DNA of 64,000 nt. Source: Camelus dromedarius. Lineage: Eukaryota. This document shows positions 52,896 through 64,000 of this stretch, piece by piece. The notes under the pieces were generated by a model. It did not search any database. It saw only the letters and a program-made list of their open reading frames with translations, and was not told the origin of the DNA. The first letter of the stretch is position 1; each line of letters begins with the position of its first letter. The translations under genes and the position numbers were made by a program. The DNA lies in the NCBI RefSeq assembly GCF_036321535.1, contig NC_087437.1:102736001-102800000 (forward strand), read 5' to 3'.

Positions 52896-54524
52896 GCGCG
52901 CTCTTTGTGGACCAGCTCTTCAGCTACGTGGTGTAAGAGGCCAGCCCGCCGCATGTGGATTGCCTCGAGGGCTGCATCTGCTTCGTGAATGTCCAAGCCA
53001 GACTTTTCCAAGAACATACCAAAACAGCGTGGCATGGGGACCAGGCCCTTTCCCTCATCTCTGTGCACTTCATTCATTTCAGAGTTCACTGCCTTGTTCT
53101 TGTCTATTACAGACAGAAAATGCAGTCAGGAGACACACAGCAGTTTCCCGTAGGACAGGATGACCCCATGTATAGCAATTCTTTGCTAAGCTAGAATTTT
53201 TTTCCCAATAATTCTTAGAGATACAAAAAATAATTTCACCGCATAAAGGCCTATTTTGCAATTATTAAATTGATTTCTGTGGATTATTCAACACTTAGCT
53301 AAACTCCAACTGTGCACCAGGTGCTGTCAGAACACAAAGTTAGTCACATTCCCCACCCAGTGGGCATAATTACGATCCAAATTAGACAGGTACATCAAAC
53401 CAACCCAAACACTGACAGCTTTCCCAGATGCAGTGGTCATCCCTGAGAGTGAACGAAGCCTTAAGTTGATACTGTGTAAGAGCCCAGCCCCTGTCACTTT
53501 ACTATCAGGCCAAATTTTACCTTGAATGCAACTGCTTTTTCAAGATGTTAGAACTAAAAGAGTACCGATAATACATTCTGTGGCCATATTCAAGATTTCT
53601 CTTCCGACTTAAGAAAAAGAAAAAAACCCCCAACAGAGTGGTACGCTCTAGCGTAATTTATGTTAGTGCCTCTTTAATTGTGTTTGCAGTATTCACAAGG
53701 AAGCATTCTGTTTGGATAATTACACATCTTCGTGAAGATCAGTAATTTGGCTCATGAACACTTCAGAAAATTACTCAAAATGTTGCAAGAAGAGAATTTC
53801 CTGCAAACACTCAGACCTACAAAATATAAATAAGTGCTTCTTTCATCCTCTTTCCACTACAATATTTTAAGAAATTCTAAGAATTTTTGTGCTTTTAAGA
53901 TGTCCATAAGAGTGCTCTTTCTTTTGGTAAAAAGGGAATCAGTTATTTTCCTTTTTTTACGTACAATTAATTATGCTATACACTGGAAAAATTACGAATG
54001 TTATGATTTAGGGGAAATTAAATATATGCTAGGATACTTGCAGGTGATAAATAAATCCAGCATGCACATAAATAAAATTATTAAATGCCATCTCTCTATA
54101 TAAAGATGAACTGTCATGAATTTAACAGCACATTAGGTATTATTATTTATTTGTACATTATTCTCATTTTTTAATAATTGTTGACAACAATAAGATAATA
54201 GTTTCTAAAATTGCAAATTTTACATAATTTTATGTAAAGATGTATATTTTATGTCGTAATTAATGTTTCAAAACGTGATAACGGTCTGGCATCAACAGGT
54301 GAACATTGTGAACCTTTTTAATATTAAGTTATCCATCTTGAATTTTTGTTAGTTTAATGGATGATTTTCTCATTTAGATCATCTAAGGATATCAAAATTG
54401 TAATCTGTGAAGAAAATTTTGAAATTTAAAAAATTCTTTTTAAAACATCTTTGATTTCCTAAGAGCCTCTAGTAAGAGGCTTTTAAGTGCACTATTATTT
54501 AAAAGATATTTTAAACTTTTGACA

Positions 54525-54745
54525 TACCAGCCTTTGCAGTGAAGGATGCCTGGGTCCAAACCACAGCTCCAACGCCTCATGACTCTGTGACCTTGTCCAG
54601 CTGCTAGAGCTTGTCCTCAGGTTTCTCATTTACAAAATGGGCAGAGCCATGTGTCTCATAAAATTTCTGCAAGAAATAAACTGGATGATGCATATAAAGG
54701 ACTTAACTCAGTACGCAGAGCATGTTAGTTACTCAAAATATACCA
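54525..54745 (+). mobile_element. MIR SINE
   Basis: CCTGGGTCCAAACCACAGCTCCA...CTGTGACCTTG...CCTCAGGTTTCTCATTTACAAAATGGG...ATGATGCATATAAAG...ACTCAAAATAT. Confidence 0.8.
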
Positions 54746-57594
54746 GGTTGCTAAGGAATGTTGTTGGAGTAGGTCATCAGGAGGACGTGGCTGCCAGCTG
54801 ACCCTGGAGCTAAACTCGAGCAGCCTGAGGTTCACTCCTCCCCATCCTCAAAACGTACGCTTGTCTGCCTTCTTCACAGTGAAGGCTGTGTTCAAGGACA
54901 CAGCCTTGAAAGAACAAGGTGTTGTTGAGACCACCTGTACTGAATTCATAATGGAACCCAGTTACAGCCTCTATACAAGCTCTTAAGATTCTGGCGAGCT
55001 GGCGTGAAGATCTACTCATCTTGTGGGCCACCCAAGACAAGCCTCCTTTTAAGTTCCCTTGCTAATTAAACCTGACACAGACTAAGCTGTAGTGACCTGA
55101 CACTTTCTTCAGTCTCTCCTTGCCCTCTGGGAATTGATTCAGTTTCAGATTTGACCCAGGAAGCTTCCAAGTTTTTGAACCAACAAATGTGGATATGACT
55201 GCGTTCTCCGGCTTTAGATGTGGCACATGCTTTACATTATACTATAAAACATAAATACATTTAACAGAGATTTTTTTTCTCATTGTAGCATAGCCATCAT
55301 GGTTAAGAGCTTAGACATTTTAACTATGGGCTATTCAAATTTATTTTTTTCTTTTCAGTATGCATCTAGTAAGCACCCACAATCAAGAAAACAATTCTGT
55401 ATGTTACGAACAACACAGAAAAAAGAGGTCTATAATAAAGAACTGATAGGAAATTTTCTGAACTAACTTACTGCATTCAGTCTGACTCTAACTCCTAATT
55501 TCTCTCTGTCTTATGCTTAAAGAGTTGATTAGAGCCAATTACTTGTTATTTATTGAGCATCTATTTTGTTGATCAGACACATTTGGAAAAAATATATATA
55601 AGCCAGTTATTTGGGAACTTTAGCCAATAAATTGTCATCCTGTGATGATCTGGCTCAGTTTTTCACTTTTAAATCAGTTTTTGGCATTGGTAGCTATAGT
55701 CACTTTGGTAATTAGAGATGAAAGCTGAATTAAGAAAGGAATCTATTAATATATAATAATGGCATTAGAGTCACCAATAAGTAAAACTGCTCCTCTGAAA
55801 TCATTAGAATAGAATTTAACTTTTAAAAAATATCTTAACAGGCAAAATTCTCACACTTCATTTAGGAAATAAATTATAGAATTATATTATGTAGTGATTA
55901 GAAAATTGATCTTGCATTTTTCCATGTTTAAGCATTCTGTAGCACAAAAATTATTACTCTGGATTCAAGTTATAATTTTGCTCTTTAAGCTCAGTGAAAT
56001 TGGGAAGGTCATTTAATCTTTCTCAGTGTCATTTTTTTTTCATTTGTAAATTTAGACAGTCAGACTCATATGTTACATCTAAAACCTCTCATTCTCAGAA
56101 TAATTGACCATGGAGTTTAAATGATGATGGTATGGAGAACAAAATGTTTATTTTACTGCCATATATTTGATTTTAAGTAAAAGGAAATTCAGGCATAAGA
56201 GCCTTATAAACAAATGTGATTATTATGACTTTTGATTTCAAAGAAGAAAATTGTCTTCCTACAAATCTATCAAATAACTTATTCCGATAAACAGAGTTAA
56301 GACAGAAAAAGTGAATTAGACAACACTTTGGCCTCTCCAATATTGAGTGAAACTAATTTTACTATACTTAGGTTTCTGTGATACTTTCTTGAGACACCAC
56401 CTGCAATTTGAGGGAGATATACTTAAAAGACTGAAATTTCTGGACATTGATTTCCTTTCTTGTATGAACAGTGAATTTTGAAGTTATGTTTTATGACCAC
56501 CCTTAAATATTGCCATTTGCTAATTTTAAGATGCATTAGGTAAAATTATTCTTTTACTGAGGGCAACAGTAAAGAGTTTATTCAAGTTGCAGACTTCTTG
56601 GAAGTTGTCATAGTCCCAGTTCCTCCTACAGAATTTTTCCATCCCTACTCTGCAATCTGTGTTAGCATTGTTTAGCAAATAGCATTAGATTCTTAAATAC
56701 AGATGCTCTATATCACGAATTAGTTAAAGAACAGATCCTCAAGGGTATTAAGACAAGGCTGCTTTAACTCTAATGAATTAAATAACTACAATTCATTTCA
56801 GAATGGCCCCAGCTCTTTGGTATGAGTGCTGAAACTAAAGTAGGAGGACTGCTAGGTTCACACTTCTGGGAGCTGGTCTCAATGGTTGTTTATTAGTGTT
56901 GTTATGGAAACAGTTACGAAGGCAAGGAAGAGACTGAGCCCTAACCTGGTATAGGATACAGGTAGGGGACAGTTATCATTGTAGTAGGCATGAGGTCATT
57001 GTGAAATACCAGACGACAATGATTTGAAGTGGTAAGAAACAGATGGGGTCAATAGCAAAGCTGGAAGAGATAGTGAAAAACTGGCCTGCAAATCTGACAT
57101 CCTGAAAGGAGATGGGTAATCGGGATATAAAGCCAAACATGGAGCTGAGAAACCAAGGAAGACAACAATAACAAGGAAGACACAGGTTTTAGGTGAGTCT
57201 AGAGAAATTCCATACAGTGTCCAAGGCCCCCATGTGCCCCTAATCTGCCTTACCTGGGTACTTTTTTAAGGAGGACAAGATGCTTCTATTGTTGGCATTA
57301 CTTGGTTGGTTGCAAGTCAGTATGAGTGACACTATCCTCTGCTTTAGTCAATATGTGACAGAGTATGAAGTATACTGAACCAGAGCTTATCTCATTTAAT
57401 GGTAAAATACGACCTAAGTAATAAATCTTTGTAGGAAGATAAAATTCGTCCAGAAGATGACTTAATGAACTTTTAATTCTGGCTTGATCTTAAATGTAAA
57501 TTTTAATCAAAAGGCAATAAATAATACAAGCAATGCTTATTTTCATTGTTCTTCCCTTAAATTATCAAAACTTCTCTATGGTTTTTACTTTTAC

Positions 57595-57685
57595 CCATTC
57601 GTTCAACAGGTATTTATTGAATCCTTATCATCCTTCAGGGGCTGTTCTAGGCACTGGAAACATAGCAATGAAGAAAACAAACTAT
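57595..57685 (-). mobile_element. L2 3' end fragment
   Basis: CATTCGTTCAACAGGTATTTATTGAAT...CTGTTCTAGGCACTGGAAACATAGCAATGAAGAAAACA. Confidence 0.8.
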
Positions 57686-57748
57686 TTTTCCATAGATAAA
57701 TCTCTGATTCATTCTTCTGGAAACCAGCCCAAGCTTATACTCTTTCTT

Positions 57749-58527
57749 TTTCTTTTTTTTTTTTAACATTTTTTATTGATTTATAATCATTTTACAATGT
57801 TGTGTCAAATTCCAGTATTCAGCACAATTTTTCAGTTATTCATGGACATATACACACTCATTGTCACATTTTTTTTCTCTGTGAGTTATCATAACATTTT
57901 GTGTATATTTCCCTGTGCTATACAGTGTAGTCTATTCTACAATTTTGAAATCCCAGTCTATCCCTTCCCACCCTTTACCACCCTGGTAACCACAAGTCTG
58001 TATTCTCTGTCTGTGAGTCTATTTTTGTCCTTTATTTACGCTTTGTTTTTGTTTGTTTGTTTGTTTTTGTTTTTGTTTTTGAGATTCCACATATGGGCGA
58101 TCTCATATGGTATTTTTCTTTCTCTTTCTGGCTTACTTCACTTAGAATGACATTCTCCAGGAGCATCCATGTTGCTGCAAATGGCATTATGTTGTCGGTT
58201 TTTATGGCTGAGTAGTATTCCATTGTATAAATATACCACGTCTTCTTTATCCAGTCACCTGTTGATGGACATTTAGGCTGTTTCCATGTTTTGGCTATTG
58301 TAAATAGTGCTGCTATGAACATTGGGGTGCAGGTGTCATCCTGAAGTAGATTTCCTTCTGGATACAAGCCCAGGAGTGGGATTCCTGGGTCATATGGTAA
58401 GTCTATTCCTAGTCTTTTGAGGAATCTCCACACTGTTTTCCATAGTGGCTGCACCAAACTGCATTCCCACCCGCAGTGTAGGAGGGTTCCCCTTTCTCCA
58501 CAGCCTCTCCAGCATTTGTCATTTGTG
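57749..58527 (-). mobile_element. Young 5'-truncated LINE-1 (ORF2 C-terminus, 3'UTR and poly(A))
   Basis: Perfect 16-bp TSD GCTTATACTCTTTCTT at 57733-57748 and 58528-58543. Uninterrupted frame [33 protein letters not shown]...[12 protein letters not shown]...MFIAALFTIAKTWKQPKCP...WYIYTMEYYSAIK. Confidence 0.97.
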
Positions 58528-59444
58528 GCTTATACTCTTTCTTGATGCTTTTTCTATTAACTTTTTCCTCAATAATTTACGAGTTGAAGTAAAATACACT
58601 GATGAAATTAATTTAGCACTCTGGATACACAGCAGTTTGCTGAATGGGTCTTAATGCTTTACAGAAGGCTGTAAGCACTTTCTGCATTTTTGAGATTGGG
58701 TCAGACGTATTTTTTTACTTGAAGGGAATCCATTGATAAGTCCATTTCAATATGGAGATACAAGGCCTATATTCACCCATTTTTCTGAGTTCTCTCTGAC
58801 CTAATGAAGTCATCTGTATTGTAGCTCTTTTCACCTTAAATGCTAATGACATTATTTTGAACCATAAATTGAGTGTACGATTAGGAAGGCTCAGTCTTTC
58901 TAGATACATAATACTTATTTTTTCATTTTAATGAAGAAAACCTTTCCTGCTTTAAAACAGGAGTTGGTTCTCAAAGCTTGCCTTCCTATCTCTGCCCCCA
59001 AACCATGCCATTCCCAAACATTTGTTTATAGGGAAAAAATTAATAGTTTGCAGGTCAATAGGACTGGGCAGAATGGTCTTCTTACAGGTGGTTCCACTTA
59101 CAGGTGTATGCTTACATAAAAACATTTTATGTAAAGGATTTGGAGACCCATGGGGTTGCTCTAACCCATGCATTTTTCCCTTTGGTGTCCCCTACATGTT
59201 ATTTAAATTGAGAGAACAAACTTTGGAAAATTAATTTTCCATTATAATTGTTGCCTTTTCTGGACCATAACAGGTCACACCATACCCTCTCTAAAGTCAG
59301 TTTTTGTTCTGGAAGATGAGGATTGTATCATCAAAAATACTTCTGAGAAAAATGGGGCAGGCTTTGGTTTCAAGAAGCAAATAGATTTCTCATTTCCTAG
59401 GGGGATAGGGAGTTGTTCCTAGACTTGGACTGAGAAAGGTAATT

Positions 59445-59652
59445 TAGCGTAGAATTTCTCCACCTGATATTCTGGATAATTATTCACAGTGGAGAACAGG
59501 CTGTGCGTTGTGGGAAGCTTAGTAGCACTGCTGGCCTCTCCCCACTCAATGCCCTAAGTACCATCTTTCCATTCTTAATAATCAAAAAATGTCTCAAGAC
59601 AGTGTCAGTTGTTTCCTGGGGGGCAAAATAGCCCTCAGTTGTGAAGGATTAG
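59445..59652 (+). mobile_element. MER20 (hAT-Charlie)
   Basis: TGGATAATT...CTGTGCGTTGTGGGA...TGGCCTCTCCCCACTCAATGCC...AAAAATGTCTCAAGACA...CCTGGGGGGCAAAATAGCCCTCAGTTG. Confidence 0.82.
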
Positions 59653-59788
59653 GTTAGAGAAATTCTTCTTTGGAAGGTAATTGGTACCTAAAAAATTCAT
59701 GGCAGTAAGAAAGAGACTCCATTAAGAAAACTTTATGTGGGGGAGAGGGAGAAGTGGCCAATAGTCTCTAAGAGAACTGGTGTCTATT

Positions 59789-60530
59789 ATTTTTAAAGAC
59801 TCTATTGTTAGAACATTTTAAGATTGACAAGAAAATTGAGATGATGGTAAAGAGATTTCTCTTATAACCCTGCCCCACCAATACGTGCATAGTCTCTTCC
59901 ATTATAAATATTACTCATCAAAATGGTACATTTTATTTTAGCAATGGTGATCCTACAATGGTGCATTATAATCACTCAAGGCCATTGTTTACCTAAGATT
60001 CATTCCTGATGTTGCACATTCAGTAGGTTTGGAAAAATGTATAGTGACATATCTCCATCATTAGACTGTAACACAATGTTTTTCCACTGCCCTAAAAATC
60101 CTCTGTGCTCCATCTATTCATCTCTCCCACATTACTCCTGGAAACCACTGATCTTTTTATCACTTCCATAGTTTTGTTTTTTCCATGATGTCTTATCATT
60201 GGAATCAAACAGTATGTAGCCTTATCAGATTGGCTTTTTTCTTCACTTAGTAACACATAAAGTTCATGTCATGGCTTTATAGCTCATTTTCTTTTAGTGC
60301 TAAATAATATTCCACTGTGTGAATGTAACCACAGTTTATCAATTTACCTACTGAAGAACATCTTGGTTGCTTCCAGTTTTGGCAATTATGAATAAAGGTG
60401 CTATAAGCATCTGTGTGCAGGGTTTGTGTGGACATAAATTTTCAACCCCTTTGGGTATATGCTAAAAAGCATAATTACTGGATTATACGGTAAGAGAAAC
60501 CACCAAACTGTCTTCTAAAGTGGCTACACT
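59789..60530 (-). mobile_element. LINE-1 3' end (L1MC1/L1MC2-like)
   Basis: CACTGCCCTAAAAATCCTCTGTGCTCCATCTATTCATC...AACCACTGATCTTTTTA...TCAGATTGGCTT...CCTACTGAAGAACATCTTGGTTGCTTCCA...GGCAATTATGAATAAAG. Confidence 0.9.
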
Positions 60531-61269
60531 GTGGTATCTATTATTTCAGGCTGGATTTCTCTTTTATGTTTTGAGTTTATTCTCAAACTTTCAGCATGCT
60601 TTATTAAACATCTGTGCTTTAGTACTGAGAAATTAAGACAGGCGGCACTGATTTAGGCTTCAGGTGAACTGATACAGCAAAAAGATACATCCTTGGGTAG
60701 CCATTTATAGGATGGCAAAATGTTAACCTCCAGGGAGGAGAGCAGAGATGAGGTTGGAATGATAAACAAATACTAGAGCTTATGATCTGCTGTGAAACAT
60801 GCCAGGATTCCTCAGGCATCCTCAGATATCCACAGTAGCAAATGCACTGGGCTACTTAGACTCCTGTTTATTTGTGTGGATACAACGTGGAAACAAAAGG
60901 AAAAGTTTAATGCTGATAAACTAGAAATTAAGAACATTTGGTCGCTGACAACTACGGTTTTTAAACATGTTATCCTAATAAGTATAATGACAATTTCTGG
61001 ATCCCAGAGAAGAATAGGATTAAAAAGTATTAAGTATTAAGAAGCAGAAGTCTTTCATTACTTCTTAAATTTCACAAATATGTATATACACATTTTCTAG
61101 AGTCTGACATTTCAATTGAAGATGATTAAAGGAAGAAACCACAGAACAGAAACTCAGGAAACTCACATGCAAAATATAAAATTAAAATAAAATAAACAGT
61201 CAATGCTAGCATGAGTGAGGTCTTCCTGATTTGAGAGTATATATATTTTGAAAAACAATTTAGGCATTT

Positions 61270-61700
61270 ATGAACAATTTATGAATTCAGTACCTAGAAA
61301 TGGCTGTTTTTTTAAACCAAGTATTTAACTTCTAGTAGCCTAAGGATGCAATCTACAGTATGTTCAAAGGTCTACGGACAAAGATACACATATTGCAGTG
61401 TTATTCATAATAATAAAAATTACAGAGAAGCAATGGCCTAGTGTAGGGAAACTGTTAAGTGTGTTTGAGTGCAATCCATGTAATCAAATGAAGTCATTAA
61501 ATTTATATTTGCAAAATGACTATGTAAAATATTAATTTCCAATGTAAAACAAGGTAAACATATCCTAAATAGTGTTATCTCAAGCCATATTAAGAAATAT
61601 TTATATATATTATTAATTAAAATATATATATATATATAAAACATTGGAGAAAATATGCCAAAATGTTCAAAGAATAGTCTCCATTTGGTTCACAGGGTAC
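61270..61700 (+). mobile_element. Degraded L1ME 3' fragment
   Basis: ATTGCAGTGTTATTCATAATAATAAAAATT...GGAAACTGTTAAGT...ATCCATGTAAT...GAAAATATGCCAAAATGTT. Confidence 0.55.
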
Positions 61701-62364
61701 AGACATTTATGCATTTTTTTTATTGCTAGAATGCAGGAATTTGAAAGATTAAATATTAATTTATAATAAAATATGTACAGATATTTGGTTTCGTTTCTGT
61801 TCCCATACTTTTTTACATATCCCAGGTATTTATCTATTCTCATGTCAATTTTTTTCATAGATGTTAAGTTCCTCGGTTTTAGGAAGTTAATCAAAACTAC
61901 TAACAGGTACTGAATACATATTTACTTAAATATGAGCACTCATTTAAAAAGGTGGCAGGGAAAATGTGCTATTTTCCTTAAAATGAGTGAGGATCATCTC
62001 TTGTAAATGTGAAACATATGTTTTTTTAAAAAACCTAAGTAATGTAACATTAAAGTAAATGCATGTGTGTATTCCAATAACATGCACTGGTCAATTATTA
62101 GGCAGAAGATTAATGGCTTGTGGATATATAAGGGAATCCCATTGCTGCCAGCAGCTTGCCTATTATTTGCTTATCTAATTTGAAAATTAATAGCAACATA
62201 GGTCCATTAAGGAAAGGACCAAATGATCCTACGCAATAAGAAATTTTTCAGTTTAATTTCCGATTGTATTGTCCTACAAGATGCATTCAGTTAACAATGT
62301 TTCCTCTCAAACCTGTACTTGTGTGGGATCACTTGCCAGATAGGAAGGATTTGTTGTTATCCCG

Positions 62365-62748
62365 TGTGGAATAACTGCCCTCCAAAATGACAGGATTTGT
62401 GCGGACATCACTTTGGTCAATACTACCCATGGACAAAAATATGATTTCTGAGCACTGTGATCGGTATTTGGGCGACCTGCCCTTCACATCACGATCCTCA
62501 TCACATCAAATAAGTTCATGGCTAGCCACCGCGTGATTCCTTTTTCGGATCTCATGTCACCCAGAATATATTCTCAAAGTTATGTCAATCACTGTTTAGT
62601 CCCTGTGTTATAGGTTCGTTTCATATTCTGCTCTGGCCATCATGATATTTGCCAGGGATGTCTTGGTGAAGAAAAATATAATATCCCTTCCAGTTAAGAA
62701 AATATTATTCAGGCAAGTGGCAAATTATAGGCAGTTATTGCTTAATTT
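62365..62748. mobile_element. Putative ancient non-autonomous DNA element (Crypton/Eulor-like) or conserved non-coding element
   Basis: Exact inverted 10-mers AATAACTGCC (62370-62379) and GGCAGTTATT (62730-62739). The right terminus reads AATTAAGCAATAA on the minus strand. Subterminal imperfect hairpins and elevated CpG density. Confidence 0.4.
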
Positions 62749-64000
62749 CAGAGCGAAGTGAGCAGTTATTTGCCCAGAGGGAACATGAAGTAGCCATGAA
62801 GGAAAATGACCCCATGTATCTTGGAAGAAATTAAAAAGTAAGAACCTGTGACAATTAGGGTGCCTTAGTCCCATAAATCTCTTTCTTCTGTTTCTTAAAA
62901 TCAAATAAAACGGCTAAGCAAGCAAAGAATTTACAAAGGAAGGTGTTAAAATCTAAATTCTACCACTAAAGCAGCTACTGTCAGATGCTCACAAACAGCC
63001 TGGTAAAACATCTAAAGTGTTGTTGTATCAAGAAAGTGGAAATTATTCTCAGAGACATGATCATTAGAGAAAGTGGCATTAATGGAGAAGGAAAGGCCAT
63101 TGCAGGACCATCTATTTATGGAGGTTTCAGGCTATCTGCCTATATATATCTACTGTGGATATTTTTCTTCCTTTGTGGTAATAAAAAAAAAAGTCAAAAC
63201 AGGCAATTTTCTAGACAAGTAAATGAATAGGTATAATGATTTGTGACATTTTAAAAATATAAATGAACACACGGAATTTACCATTTCTTAGTAGTATGAT
63301 TCTAACACACATGAATCCTGTCAACAGAGAGACTAAACAAAAATAACATCGAACTACAAAAAATAAGAATAATGTTTAAATCCTGCCCCCACACACCATT
63401 TACGTGCAGGATCTATGTGTGGACTGTATACCTGCATGCTTTTTCCAAGGACAGATTGCGGAGCCAAGAGGAGGCGTCTCCCTGAGAAGATAGTTTTCCC
63501 ATATGATGCTCCTTACCGTTTTTTTTTTTTTCTCTCTCTGCTACTCCTTAATGTTTATTTTATTGATTCTTTTAAAACAAATTTATCTGCTTCCATTTAA
63601 CCGTGCATCCAGTCCTGTCGGTATTTCCTACTACTCAGCTTTTCATAGAGTCCTGATTTCTATTCAACTTTCTTGTAATTTTATAAATGAAGTAACTAAA
63701 GCTCCGACCAAGCTTCTGAAACACTTCCTCAGGTAAATGGCGAATGTGATAATTTGTCTTAAATGTAAAAACTCTGAGTCACCTACACGAGGGAGGATGC
63801 GTTTCTCTACCCTTTTATACCCTACCCAGGGCAGATGCCTTCGTCAGGTTCAGAGAGTTGGCACGCTTGCTAATAGTGCTCAAGGTCTGCACCACCGGAG
63901 GGCAGCTTGCCTTTGGAGTGGGGAGGGGAACTGTGGGCAAAGGTGATTTGTCTCGATGTTGTCCTCACACCATCCATCTGCTATGCAGTGGAATTGACCA

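Noticed and set aside
52783..53163. 126-aa GC-richer ORF as a coding exon
   Set aside because: The 5' part is MIR-derived, the translation has no recognisable domain, and there are no convincing splice boundaries.
58032..58457. 141-aa ORF as a functional CDS
   Set aside because: It is the C-terminal remnant of L1 ORF2 in a 5'-truncated copy with no promoter, endonuclease or reverse transcriptase domain.
1..64000. ORF-track entries (60-141 aa) as host genes
   Set aside because: They are short, often start at non-ATG codons, are compositionally biased, and many lie inside repeats or microsatellites. Only the L1-derived ones resemble a known protein.
1..64000. A novel multi-gene system, prophage, NUMT or endogenous viral coding region
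   Set aside because: There are no long ORFs or operon-like structure, and no mitochondrial or viral coding signatures. The LTRs present are solo, with no adjacent primer-binding site or gag/pol/env sequence that I could recognise.

Overview
This is AT-rich, CpG-depleted mammalian non-coding DNA, either intergenic or deep intronic. Two copies of a tRNA-derived SINE resembling the camelid Vic-1 type point to a camel, llama or alpaca genome. I found no convincing host protein-coding exon, RNA gene, CpG island, CRISPR array or prokaryotic feature. The only ORF-track entries with recognisable homology are LINE-1 ORF2 C-terminal fragments. Much of the window is fossil transposons: L1s of several ages, L2, MIR, MaLR and ERV1 solo LTRs, Tigger4, MER3, MER5, MER20 and hAT-Charlie elements, plus microsatellites. 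Family names come from my memory of consensus sequences, not from a database search. I could not support a previously undescribed biological system. The best leads are a ~380 bp CpG-retaining element at ~62.4-62.7 kb with inverted termini and hairpins resembling ancient Crypton-type fossils, an L1 whose 5'UTR is fused directly to the end of ORF2, and a few candidate regulatory or splice signals.
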